From Patescibacteria group bacterium (GTDB lineage: Bacteria; Patescibacteriota; Minisyncoccia; UBA6257; HR35), in contig JANXCM010000002.1 in NCBI GenBank assembly GCA_025060085.1, forward strand, positions 1 to 43,691: a DNA stretch of 43,691 nt, in the 5' to 3' direction. The notes beneath the pieces are model-generated. The model did no database searches, had not been told where the DNA came from, and saw nothing but the letters and a program-made list of their open reading frames with translations. The position numbers were made by a program, and so were the translations under genes. Shown piece by piece: positions 9,206-19,405 of this stretch. Numbering within the stretch: position 1 is the stretch's first letter; each line of letters begins with the position of its first letter.

Positions 9206-10139
9206 AAAATTAGATTTTTGTTTTTTTGGTTCAAGTAATTTTTCAATTTATTGTTTAAAAGAGATTATTAAAAAAAATTTACCTTCTTTAGTAGTTACCC
9301 TACCTTCTAAGCCTAAAGGAAGAGGTTTAAAATTAGAACCAAATGTTGTTTATAGTTTTTCTTTGAGAAATAAATTACCTGTAGTAGAAATTAAAGATTG
9401 GTCAAATTTTAATTTAAATTTTTACTTCGGTTTAATCGCTGGTTTCGGGAAGATCATTCCTGAGGATATCAATAGATGTTTTAAAAAAGGAATTTTAAAT
9501 ATCCATCCTTCTTTATTACCTAAGTATAGAGGTGCTAATCCCATCAGAGAAACAATTCTTAATGGAGATCAAAAGTCAGGCGTTACTATTATTCTTATTG
9601 ATAGTTTAATTGATCATGGGCCTATAGTTTATCAGAAAGAAATAAATTTAACCCAAAAAGAAACCTATCTAGAATTAGAAAAAAAATTAGGAAAATTGGG
9701 TGGAAAAATTTTTAACGAGATTATTGATGATTACTTAGAGGGAAAAATTAAAATTCAAGAGCAAGATCATTTTTTGGCTACCTATACGAGAAAAATTTCA
9801 AAAGAAGATGGCCTTTTGAATATCAATGAAAATTTTATTGTGTGGGATAGAAAAATAAGAGCTTTAAATCCTTGGCCAGGAACATTTTTGAAAATTTTAT
9901 TAAAAAATGAAGAAAAAATTATGAAAATATTTAAAATTGAAAAAATAGAAAAAATTGACTCAAATTTGAAAAAAATAAATAAAGGAGAATTTTTCCGTTA
10001 CCAAAATGATTTAGGAATAAGAATAGTTGATGATTGGCTTTTAATTAAAGAATTACAGTTGGCCGATCGAAAGAGGATGTCATCTAAAGAATTTCTTAAT
10101 GGTTATAAAATTGAATGGTTATATATAAAAAATGATTAA
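9198..10139 (+). CDS. fmt: methionyl-tRNA formyltransferase
   Basis: Formyltransferase core (NIHPSLLPKYRGANPI), C-terminal Fmt domain, and an 8-nt overlap with def in the usual def-fmt order. Confidence 0.9.
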   Translation: MVKKLDFCFFGSSNFSIYCLKEIIKKNLPSLVVTLPSKPKGRGLKLEPNVVYSFSLRNKLPVVEIKDWSNFNLNFYFGLIAGFGKIIPEDINRCFKKGILNIHPSLLPKYRGANPIRETILNGDQKSGVTIILIDSLIDHGPIVYQKEINLTQKETYLELEKKLGKLGGKIFNEIIDDYLEGKIKIQEQDHFLATYTRKISKEDGLLNINENFIVWDRKIRALNPWPGTFLKILLKNEEKIMKIFKIEKIEKIDSNLKKINKGEFFRYQNDLGIRIVDDWLLIKELQLADRKRMSSKEFLNGYKIEWLYIKND

Positions 10140-10156
10140 TAATAAAAATTATAAAA

Positions 10157-10840
10157 TTAAAGATTAGGATAAAAATGAGCACTGGTTGCTGAAGGTAAAA
10201 TAGTTTTATCTGGACCTATTTCATAAAGAAAAGGATTATTACCATTATCATTCGCTTCATCAGTATTATTAGGATTTTCTAAATTAGCATTTAATTCATA
10301 AGATAAATCTGAAAAGCGACAAGCAAAAGTATAGTAAAATGAAGGAGCACTATTAGAATTTAGACTATTTCTAGGATCTACTGGCAAATTAGATAAATTA
10401 AGAGAAGTTGATGTACCTAGAGGAACTGGTAGCCAACCAGGAGGATTAGCGGTAGATGAAGTAGCAATACTTCTTGAATTAGTAGCTCTAGCACCAGTAA
10501 AACCTGTTGTTGTCCCTCCTACATTAGCTGAAGAATAAAAAATAGTTGGTGTAGCTCCTGATCCTAAGCATCCATGATTGAAATTGGTTAAAGTCCCTCC
10601 AAGAGTATTAACTGTTCCACTGGGAGTTAAAACTATTTCATCTCCTCTGGTTGTGATATCGGTAACATAAAGATCGATTGCTCTACTTAGAGTATTAAGA
10701 TCAGACTTTCTTTGAGTATCTCGCATATTCATAAATATTTGCTGAGGCTTGATAACAGTAATTAAGATAGCTACTAACGTAGAAATTATAGCCAAAACAA
10801 TAATTAATTCAACTAAAGTAAAGCCTATTTGTTTTTTCAT
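10157..10840 (-). CDS. type IV pilin-like protein (prepilin N-terminal cleavage/methylation domain)
   Basis: MKKQIG|FTLVELIIVLAIISTL has G-1, F+1 and E+5 followed by a hydrophobic helix. It has a Cys pair (HGCLG...FACRF) and is a paralog of 13418..14194. Confidence 0.85.
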   Translation of the reverse strand: MKKQIGFTLVELIIVLAIISTLVAILITVIKPQQIFMNMRDTQRKSDLNTLSRAIDLYVTDITTRGDEIVLTPSGTVNTLGGTLTNFNHGCLGSGATPTIFYSSANVGGTTTGFTGARATNSRSIATSSTANPPGWLPVPLGTSTSLNLSNLPVDPRNSLNSNSAPSFYYTFACRFSDLSYELNANLENPNNTDEANDNGNNPFLYEIGPDKTILPSATSAHFYPNL

Positions 10841-11083
10841 TCTAGATTGATTTCTTAAATTTATTTAAAATTTATTTACCCGACCACTTTTAAATTAAAT
10901 AATTTTATAAATGTAAATATTTATAATTACCCAACTTAGATTATTTTATTATAAACTTGAATTTTATAAAACATATTACAAAATGTGGATAAGATTTTAT
11001 TGAAAAATAATTTTTAATTCTAATTTAAAAATTTATTTATATAGGAAATTTTCTTTCAAATTAACGATTTTATTCTGTAAATT

Positions 11084-11458
11084 CTAAACATCTTTAACAT
11101 AAGTAAATTCCTTTACTTTATTAACTAATTCTTCTAAAGATAAACCAGCTTTGATAAAATAAGCCTTAGCGCCCAAATTTTTTCCTCTTTGAATATCCTC
11201 AGGTTGTCCTAAATTGGAAATAATAAAAATAGGAATATTTTTTAAATTAAAATCCTTGTTAATTTCTTCTAATACATAGAAACCACTTTTTTTAGGCAAG
11301 ATAATATCTAAAAGAATTAAATCTGGCTTTTCAATTATTATTTTATTTAATGCTTCATCTCCGTCTATAGCGGTAATAACTTCGAAATTCTCAATTTTGA
11401 ATTTTTTTTCTAGTAAAGTTCTTAAAAACTTATCGTCTTCGACAATTAAAATTTTCAT
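11084..11458 (-). CDS. stand-alone response-regulator receiver domain (CheY-like)
   Basis: MKILIVEDD..., phospho-acceptor DLILLDIILP, and a conserved K near the C-terminus. At 124 aa it has no output domain. Confidence 0.9.
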   Translation of the reverse strand: MKILIVEDDKFLRTLLEKKFKIENFEVITAIDGDEALNKIIIEKPDLILLDIILPKKSGFYVLEEINKDFNLKNIPIFIISNLGQPEDIQRGKNLGAKAYFIKAGLSLEELVNKVKEFTYVKDV

Positions 11459-11583
11459 TAAATTATTTGTTTAAATTTTTAAATTTTATTTAAAATAGTC
11501 TTATTGATATTAAAATAAAAATATAATATTTAAAAAAATAAAAAATTAATAAATAAGAAAAATTTTATATTTTTAATTTTCAA

Positions 11584-11608
11584 GATTCTTAATTATCCGG
11601 GTTAAGTT
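11584..11608. repeat. 3'-flank arm of the 16S precursor processing stem
   Basis: gattcttaattatccgggttaagtt is the exact reverse complement of 13169..13193 (25/25). Confidence 0.85.
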
Positions 11609-11644
11609 CAACTAAGCTTTAATTTTATTTTTTTTAGTATTTTA

Positions 11645-13168
<1,524 letters not shown>

Positions 13169-13193
13169 AACTTAACCCGGATAATTAAGAATC
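13169..13193. repeat. 5'-leader arm of the 16S precursor processing stem
   Basis: Perfect 25-nt complement of 11584..11608, directly abutting the mature 5' end. This is the typical geometry of an RNase III processing helix. Confidence 0.85.
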
Positions 13194-13316
13194 CTTATTT
13201 TACTATCCCTTAGTAATTTTTTAGGGATCAATAAAACAACTTAAATCGAATATTTACTTTAAATATTAAAAATTTTTTTTGAAAAAAAAATATTTTTTGA
13301 TTAACTCTTCAGTACA

Positions 13317-13345
13317 ATTTTAAATTAAAATTAAATTAAATTCAA
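13317..13345 (-). promoter_or_regulatory. candidate 16S promoter TTGAAT-N17-TAAAAT
   Basis: The minus strand reads cTTGAATttaatttaattttaattTAAAATtg, about 140 nt upstream of the mature 16S 5' end. Chance matches are common in AT-rich DNA. Confidence 0.3.
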
Positions 13346-13360
13346 GATTAATTTTAAAAG

Positions 13361-13378
13361 GCTAATTTTTAAATTAGC
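13361..13378 (-). terminator. hairpin downstream of pilin gene 2
   Basis: GCTAATTT/AAATTAGC inverted repeat 40 nt after the pilin stop, followed on the minus strand by CTTTT. The U-tract is weak. Confidence 0.3.
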
Positions 13379-13417
13379 AAAAATAGTAAATCAATTCAAT
13401 AATTGCTAAAATACTGA

Positions 13418-14194
13418 CTAAGGAGAATATTTAAAATAACCATTAATCTTATAAGGTAATAATCTTAAATCGCTACCTACCTCATATAAGTCTGGTGCTG
13501 TTCCTCCGTCATTTTTTTCTTCTTCATTTTTAATTTCTAAATTAGTGTTTATCTCATAAAAAATATTACTGCCAATAAAAGCACAAGCAAAAGTATAATA
13601 ATAATGATCTTCTGAAATAACATTATTACTTTTCGTATTTATAGGATCAATAGGTAAATAATTTATATTAACTGATTTTGATAAACTTAAGGGTACCGGC
13701 AACCACCCATAATCATTAGTATTGATTGAGTTAGCAACTTTTTTTGAATTAGTAGCTCTAAAGGTGTTGTAATTTATAGAATATATGTGTAAATTTTTAT
13801 CAGCAATATAATAAAATAAACTTGAAGAATCTATTGAATTAGGTGTTACTGTTGGTGTTGAAAAAAATATAGTTCCATCTGGTCCAGATCCATAAAAACC
13901 TGCACAATTAAAATTAGGTTTAGGAGATAATATATCCCCTCCAACAAAAAAATAAGCAAGTGTTCCACTGGATGTTAAAACTAATTCTTGACCCTTACTT
14001 AATGTATCATTTATATAAATTTCTATTGCTCGATTAAGATTATTAAGATCTGCTATTCTTTGTGAGTCTCTTAAGTGCATAAATATCCTATTAGGTTTAA
14101 TAATAGTAATTAATATTGTTATTAAAGTTGAGATAATAATCAAAACAAAAATTAATTCTATAAGAGTAAACCCTTTTTGTTCTTTTATATTCAT
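13418..14194 (-). CDS. type IV pilin-like protein, paralog 2
   Basis: MNIKEQKG|FTLIELIFVLIIISTL. It shares N-terminal and C-terminal blocks with 10157..10840 (GWLPVPL, YYTFAC, LYE(I/V)G). The start is trimmed to ATG 14194 because the track ORF runs through tRNA-Phe. Confidence 0.85.
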   Translation of the reverse strand: MNIKEQKGFTLIELIFVLIIISTLITILITIIKPNRIFMHLRDSQRIADLNNLNRAIEIYINDTLSKGQELVLTSSGTLAYFFVGGDILSPKPNFNCAGFYGSGPDGTIFFSTPTVTPNSIDSSSLFYYIADKNLHIYSINYNTFRATNSKKVANSINTNDYGWLPVPLSLSKSVNINYLPIDPINTKSNNVISEDHYYYTFACAFIGSNIFYEINTNLEIKNEEEKNDGGTAPDLYEVGSDLRLLPYKINGYFKYSP

Positions 14195-14218
14195 ATAATT
14201 TTTTAATTTATTTTTTTG

Positions 14219-14290
14219 TGCCTGAGGAGGGAATCGAACCCCCGACGCCATGCTCTTCAGGCATGCGCTCTACCACTGAGCTACTCAGGC
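14219..14290 (-). tRNA. tRNA-Phe (GAA)
   Basis: Hand-folded cloverleaf: GCCTGAG/CTCAGGC acceptor, GCTC-AGTGGTA-GAGC D arm, CATGC-CTGAAGA-GCATG anticodon arm, GGGGG-TTCGATT-CCCTC T arm, A73. No CCA is encoded. Confidence 0.9.
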
Positions 14291-14386
14291 AGATTTTTAT
14301 ATTAAGAATTAATTTTTATATTTCTAAAAATTTAAAATTTAAATTATAATTATTATTATAATAAAATTATAATACAATTCATATAT

Positions 14387-14415
14387 TTGACATTATATAA
14401 AAAATTTTATATAAT
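14387..14415 (+). promoter_or_regulatory. consensus sigma70-type promoter TTGACA-N17-TATAAT upstream of clpP
   Basis: TTGACA at 14387-14392, a 17-nt spacer, TATAAT at 14410-14415, and ATG at 14453. Confidence 0.6.
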
Positions 14416-14452
14416 TAAAATAATTATTATAAATAACTATTTAATTTAACAA

Positions 14453-15064
14453 ATGGACCATGCTCAATTAATTCCTTATGTTATTGAAAAAACTCAACAA
14501 GGAGAAAGAGCTTATGATATTTATTCTCGTCTATTAAAAGATAGAATAATAATTTTAGGAACGCCAATTAATGATCAAGTAGCCAATATTATTATTGCTC
14601 AATTATTATTTTTAGAACATGAAAATCCAGAGAAAACGATTTATCTTTATATTAATTCTCCAGGTGGTGTAGTTACTTCAGCTTTAGCAATTTATGACAC
14701 TATTCAATTTATTAAATCAGATGTCTCAACGATTGGTTTAGGAATGGTGGCGTCAGCTGCCTCTTTACTTTTAGCTGCTGGTACAAAAGGTAAAAGAATG
14801 GCTTTACCTAATACAGAAATTTTACTTCATCAAGTTATGGGTCAAGCTGAAGGGCAAGCAGCTGATATTGAAATTACTGCTAAACAGATTTTGAAAATCA
14901 AATCAAAAGTTAATCAAATATTAGCTAAGCATACTGGTCAACCATTAGAAAAGATAGAAAAGGATACTGATCGTGATTTTTATTTAACGGCAGAAGAAGC
15001 AAGAGATTATGGTTTAATAGATAAAATAATAGAATATAAAGATAATAGAATAAAGAATAATTAA
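14453..15064 (+). CDS. clpP: ATP-dependent Clp protease proteolytic subunit
   Basis: [19 protein letters not shown], catalytic-Ser region [14 protein letters not shown], and [12 protein letters not shown]. Confidence 0.96.
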   Translation: MDHAQLIPYVIEKTQQGERAYDIYSRLLKDRIIILGTPINDQVANIIIAQLLFLEHENPEKTIYLYINSPGGVVTSALAIYDTIQFIKSDVSTIGLGMVASAASLLLAAGTKGKRMALPNTEILLHQVMGQAEGQAADIEITAKQILKIKSKVNQILAKHTGQPLEKIEKDTDRDFYLTAEEARDYGLIDKIIEYKDNRIKNN

Positions 15065-15141
15065 AATAAGTTTTGATATAAGAATTAATTTAATAAAATA
15101 TTCAAAATAAAATAAATAAAATTAACAATCAAAAAATTAAA

Positions 15142-16743
15142 ATGATTTTCCAAAAAGCTAATATTTTGACAATCATTTTAGCATTTGTTTTAAGTGGTTC
15201 TATAAGTACCTTGATAGGTTTTTCATATTTTAAGTATTTTCAAAAAGGAGAAATAGATAATTTAGAAAATAATTTTATTTCAAAAAAAACAACGATAGTT
15301 GAGGATAAAAAATATAACTCTAATTTAGGACTAAAAAACAATGAATTATCTTCGGAAGAAGAAATTACTTATCAAGAAATTGATTATCAAGTATTAAATG
15401 AAAATTTAAATTTAAATTTAAATAACGAAAAGCAGAAAAATAAAATTAAACTTCAAAAAGAAAATAGAAATAAACCTCATCAAGAGATAAAAAACCGAAA
15501 TATAAAAAATGAAAATAAAAATAATAAAGTAAATAATTCTGATAATCAAAATTTATTAGCCAATTTTCTCACTTTGTTAAATAATCTTAGGGAAAATGAT
15601 AAAAGAAATGAAAATACTGGAAATAATTCTCTTATAAATTCTACTTCTAATTTGGCTAATAATACTAATACTTTGAATTTGAATAATAGAAATAATAGTG
15701 GAACAAATCAAAATTTTAATAACAATCGTCAAAATAATAATCAACAAAATAATAATAATAATAATAATAATCAAAACCAAAACAATAATAACAATAATAA
15801 TCAAAACAATAATCAACAACAAAACAATAACGAAGATAATAATATCGGTAATCAAGCTATCTCTGGAAAGGTTTTGATTTCTGAAATTTTAATTGATGGA
15901 GGTAATTCAACTGATGAATATATTGAGCTTTATAATCCTAATAATTTTGAGATCAATTTATCAGGGTGGAAACTGATTAAATTCAACAAAAATGGTAATC
16001 AACAAACTTTTATTGGTTTAAGAACGAGAAATACTTTTGAAAATAAAATAATTAGACCTTATTCCTATTTTTTAATTGCTAATGAAAATGGGAGTTATTC
16101 TAATAGAGCTGATATTATTTATGCTGAAAGTTATAATTTAGCTAGAGATAATTCAATTATGTTAATTAATAATAATGATGAAATTGTCGATTTAGTTGGC
16201 TGGGGATCAGCCGTTAGATATGAAACTACTGCTTTTAATCAAAATCCTCCTCAAGGTTTAGCCTTGGTTCGAAAAGCAGGAATGGATTCTAATTCTCAAT
16301 CAATGACTACCAATGAAATTAACTTTGGTAATTCGTTAGATACCAATAATAATAATTTTGATTTTTTACTTATTTCACCTGAACCTCAAAATAGTCAAAG
16401 TCAGCCTGAAATTCCACCTATAGAAATTAGTTTAATTAATTTTGAAGATTTAGAAAATCGTCTTCTTTTTGAAATAATTTCTCCCTATCAAGAACTATCT
16501 AATAGTTATTATGCCCTTTTGTCTGTAGATACTTCAGAAATTGATGAAAATCAAAATATTAATGATTATATAAGAGGAAATTGGCCATCTTTAAGAGTGA
16601 ATGTTTATTTACCAGCCATAGAATTTTGGGGTAGAAGACAAAGAATAGAGATAAATTTTAATCCAGAAGAAGAAAGAGCTTATTTATTAAGTTTAGTTTC
16701 TAATCAACAGATAATTAATTGGGTACCAGATTTAAATGATTAA
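15142..16743 (+). CDS. membrane-anchored protein with an Asn/Gln-rich low-complexity linker and a lamin-tail-like (LTD) domain
   Basis: N-terminal TM segment, then about 200 aa of N/Q/K-rich sequence. VLISEILIDGGNSTDEYIELYNPNNFEINLSGWKL...VDLVGWG is typical of the LTD fold. Confidence 0.7.
   Translation: MIFQKANILTIILAFVLSGSISTLIGFSYFKYFQKGEIDNLENNFISKKTTIVEDKKYNSNLGLKNNELSSEEEITYQEIDYQVLNENLNLNLNNEKQKNKIKLQKENRNKPHQEIKNRNIKNENKNNKVNNSDNQNLLANFLTLLNNLRENDKRNENTGNNSLINSTSNLANNTNTLNLNNRNNSGTNQNFNNNRQNNNQQNNNNNNNNQNQNNNNNNNQNNNQQQNNNEDNNIGNQAISGKVLISEILIDGGNSTDEYIELYNPNNFEINLSGWKLIKFNKNGNQQTFIGLRTRNTFENKIIRPYSYFLIANENGSYSNRADIIYAESYNLARDNSIMLINNNDEIVDLVGWGSAVRYETTAFNQNPPQGLALVRKAGMDSNSQSMTTNEINFGNSLDTNNNNFDFLLISPEPQNSQSQPEIPPIEISLINFEDLENRLLFEIISPYQELSNSYYALLSVDTSEIDENQNINDYIRGNWPSLRVNVYLPAIEFWGRRQRIEINFNPEEERAYLLSLVSNQQIINWVPDLND
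15748..15771 (+). repeat. (AAT)8 trinucleotide microsatellite inside the CDS (Asn8)
   Basis: Eight perfect in-frame AAT units, embedded in a longer imperfect AAT/CAA tract (about 15700-15845). Confidence 0.9.
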
Positions 16744-16767
16744 GGTCGAATTAAATAATTACTAATT

Positions 16768-17274
16768 ATGAAGATAACTAATAATATCTTAATAATCTTA
16801 TTTTTACTCATTTTTGTTTTCTTATTTTTAGCACCTCTAAAAATTTTTGCCCAACCATACTTTCCTTTTTATCAACCTCCATTAGAAACAAATCAAAGAA
16901 ATCAATCTGAAACTATTAATCAAGTTCCATTTTTCGTTTTTGCTTCTACTGGTACTAATTTCGCTTTTATTTATCCTGATTTATTAGGAATAATGGTGAG
17001 TATTAATGGGGCTATTAATTATGGTCCTTTTTCTCAATTATTATGGTATGGTTTTGATTCGTCAGGAATAAGATATGGAATAGTAGGAGTTACTCCTGAT
17101 CAGAAATATACAGTTATTGTTGATGGAAGAAGATTTGAATATAATTTGTTAAATACTAATCAAAATAATAGATCTTCGCCGGGAGGTAATAACCAAGGTA
17201 ATCAAGGTAATTTGCCAGATAATATAAACAATTATATTGAGATGTTAAGACAATTGCTTCAGCAAAGAAGATAA
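16768..17274 (+). CDS. secreted hypothetical protein
   Basis: Signal peptide with an IFA|QP-like cleavage site. The ORF starts 24 nt after the LTD gene. I recognise no family. Confidence 0.5.
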   Translation: MKITNNILIILFLLIFVFLFLAPLKIFAQPYFPFYQPPLETNQRNQSETINQVPFFVFASTGTNFAFIYPDLLGIMVSINGAINYGPFSQLLWYGFDSSGIRYGIVGVTPDQKYTVIVDGRRFEYNLLNTNQNNRSSPGGNNQGNQGNLPDNINNYIEMLRQLLQQRR

Positions 17275-17387
17275 AATTATTAATTGAAAAATAATTGATT
17301 TTTTAATTAATAAAAATACTATCTAAAATTAAAGTTATAATATTTACTATATAATTTTTATTAAAAGAGATAATTTAATATTTATAA

Positions 17388-17459
17388 GGGCCGGTAGTTC
17401 AATGGCAGAATATCGGTTTTGCACACCGAAGGTTGTGGGTTCGATTCCCACCCGGTCCA
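17388..17459 (+). tRNA. tRNA-Ala (UGC)
   Basis: Hand-folded: GGGCCGG/CCGGTCC acceptor containing the G3:U70 alanine identity pair, anticodon loop TTTGCAC, T arm GTGGG-TTCGATT-CCCAC, A73. Confidence 0.8.
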
Positions 17460-17461
17460 AT

Positions 17462-17534
17462 CCCCCGGTAGCTCAATCGGAAGAGCAGGAGCGTTCTAAG
17501 CTCAAGGTTGGGGGTTCGACTCCCTCCCGGGGGA
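17462..17534 (+). tRNA. tRNA-Arg (UCU)
   Basis: Hand-folded: CCCCCGG/CCGGGGG acceptor, GCTC...GAGC D arm, anticodon loop GTTCTAA, T arm GGGGG-TTCGACT-CCCTC, A73. It starts 2 nt after tRNA-Ala. Confidence 0.8.
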
Positions 17535-17691
17535 ATATTAAAAGTATATATAAAGAAATTTGAAAGAATTTTATATTAACTAAATTTAAAAAATAGTATA
17601 TCATAATTAAATTTTTATTTTAGTAAGTATTTATTTTTTTTACTCATAAGATTAAAAATAAAAATAAAATATAATTTTTATACTAAATTAA

Positions 17692-17721
17692 GAAAAGAGC
17701 TTCGTTTTAAAAGCTCTTTTC
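17692..17721 (+). terminator. 11-bp perfect hairpin, possible terminator in the intergenic region
   Basis: GAAAAGAGCTT-cgttttaa-AAGCTCTTTTC. A-rich before and T-rich after, so it could act in either direction. Confidence 0.4.
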
Positions 17722-17872
17722 TTAGAAGATAATTAAATAAAGAAAAGGAGGAGCCGTAAATAATTTACTTTTGCCCCAATCTCTTGCTTAATTTCTATTA
17801 TAAAAAATTTTTTCCAAAAACAAAATAACCAAAAATAAATTTTTTTTAAATTGCTTATAATTTTACTTACTG

Positions 17873-18103
17873 ATGCCTAAATTTTTAGCTAAATTTAATT
17901 TAAAATATTTATTACTTTTTATTATAATATTTTTATCACTATTTTTGGTATTTCAATTAGGAATAATTTTTGGAGCAAAATTTTATCAACCCTGTGAAAT
18001 AAAAATTTTCCAAAATGGAAGTTATTCAAACAATAATTGATTTTTTAGGTAAAACTTTATTTCTTTTTGTCTTTCTTTGGATAATTATCAACAAAATTTT
18101 TAA
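17873..18103 (+). CDS. small membrane protein ORF absent from the supplied track (76 codons as written)
   Basis: ATG 17873 to TAA 18101-18103 read by hand: MPKFLAKFNLKYLLLFIIIFLSLFLVFQLG... with one clear TM segment. See the finding on a possible frame break. Confidence 0.35.
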
Positions 18104-18142
18104 TAAAATTTTTGAAAAGTTAACCTCTTATGGTTTTGGTAA

Positions 18143-19405
18143 ATGAAATCTTACTATAAATATTTTAAAATCTCACTCGTGCTTTTAGATATTTTTTTAT
18201 TTTATCTTTCTTTAATCATTCTTCTCTTTTTTAAATACTCGTTGGAATTTAAAATTACGAAAGAACATTTGATAGGTTTTACAATTATTCTTCCTTTTTG
18301 GCTTTTATCCTTTTACTCTCAAAATTTTTACTCCTTGAATATTTTTAAAAATAAATTTTCTTTAAGGCTGATTAAAGCTTTTTCTACTGGTTTTATTATT
18401 TCTATTTTATTTTTCTATTTTCTGCCTTATCTAAAAATTTCTCCTAAAACCAATCTATTTATTTTTACTTTTCTCTATTTAGCTAACTTTTTAATTTTTA
18501 GAAAAATTATTGAAGATAAATTTAGACAAAAAAGAAAAATAAATATTTTAGTTTTAATTCCTAAAAATTTTATTGATAAATTTAAAAATGATTTTGAATC
18601 TCTCCATATCTATAACATTACTTTTTGGCAAGAAAACTATCTCTATGATTATTCTTCCTTTGACGCTATTGTGATCAGTCGGAAGATTAATAGGGAAGAA
18701 TTAATTAATAAAATAATTAGCAAAATAAATTATAAAGTACCGATTATTGAATTGGTGGATTTTTATGAAAAAAATTTGGGTAGAATACCTCTGGAAGAAA
18801 TAGACGAATATTGGATTCTTAAAGAAATTATTAATCCAGAAACAAAAATTCAAAGCTTAATTAAAAGAATTTTTGATATTTCCTTCAGCCTAATTATTTT
18901 GTGCTTTTCTTTACCATTTTTGCCAATAATTATTTTAGGAATTTATTTAAATTCTCCTGGTCCAATAATTTTTAAACAGAAAAGAATCGGCAAAGACAAC
19001 AAAGAATTTACCATTTATAAATTGAGAACAATGAAACCTGAAAGTGATCTAGGTATTTGGGAAAAAGAAAATGATAATAGAATATTCTTTTGGGGAAAAA
19101 TATTGAGAAAATTTCATTTAGATGAGTTACCTCAAATAATTAATGTTCTTAAGGGAGAATTATCATTTGTTGGCCCTCGACCAGAACAAGTTAATATCGT
19201 TAAAGATCTTGAAAAAAAAATACCTTTTTACAATATTAGACATATAGTTTTACCTGGTATTACGGGTTGGACTCAAGTTAATTATAAAAAACCATTTAAT
19301 CTAGATGAAACAAAAATTAAAGTTGAGTATGATTTTTATTATCTTAAAAATAAAAATTTTTTCTTGGATCTAATTATTTTTCTAAAAACAATTTTTAATA
19401 TTTAA
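18143..19405 (+). CDS. polyprenyl-phosphate glycosyl-1-phosphate transferase (bacterial sugar transferase, WbaP/EpsB-like)
   Basis: N-terminal TM bundle. C-terminal domain motifs: KRIFDISFSLIIL, PGPIIFKQKRIG, YKLRTM, DELPQIINVLKGELSFVGPRP. Confidence 0.9.
   Translation: MKSYYKYFKISLVLLDIFLFYLSLIILLFFKYSLEFKITKEHLIGFTIILPFWLLSFYSQNFYSLNIFKNKFSLRLIKAFSTGFIISILFFYFLPYLKISPKTNLFIFTFLYLANFLIFRKIIEDKFRQKRKINILVLIPKNFIDKFKNDFESLHIYNITFWQENYLYDYSSFDAIVISRKINREELINKIISKINYKVPIIELVDFYEKNLGRIPLEEIDEYWILKEIINPETKIQSLIKRIFDISFSLIILCFSLPFLPIIILGIYLNSPGPIIFKQKRIGKDNKEFTIYKLRTMKPESDLGIWEKENDNRIFFWGKILRKFHLDELPQIINVLKGELSFVGPRPEQVNIVKDLEKKIPFYNIRHIVLPGITGWTQVNYKKPFNLDETKIKVEYDFYYLKNKNFFLDLIIFLKTIFNI

Noticed and set aside
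10984-10992. Perfect DnaA-box 9-mer (TTATCCACA on the minus strand) in the pilin / response-regulator intergenic region. It was tempting as an oriC marker, given gyrB at the window start.
   Set aside because: It is a single copy with no cluster of related boxes nearby. A rough base-composition estimate gives about 0.5 chance occurrences in a window this size.
13201-13240. A 6-bp inverted repeat ATCCCT...AGGGAT in the 16S leader, considered as a boxA/antitermination-like element.
   Set aside because: The stem is short with a 12-nt loop, and I recognise no boxA consensus. The support is insufficient.
14195-14251. N-terminal extension MASGVRFPPQAQKNKLKNY of the pilin-2 ORF. The same applies to the extension MPCRRPRVQIPSAAHHTLVEYCLNK of gatA at 34938-35012.
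   Set aside because: Both extensions are translations of the tRNA-Phe and tRNA-Gly genes. Internal ATGs (14194 and 34937) give canonical N-termini, namely the prepilin signal and the GatA start.
17745-17753. AAGGAGGAG in the tRNA / sugar-transferase intergenic region. I considered it as the SD of an unannotated gene or part of a small RNA.
   Set aside because: No start codon follows within 20 nt in any frame. I could not fold a convincing structure or match a known ncRNA motif, so I treat it as unexplained and probably chance.
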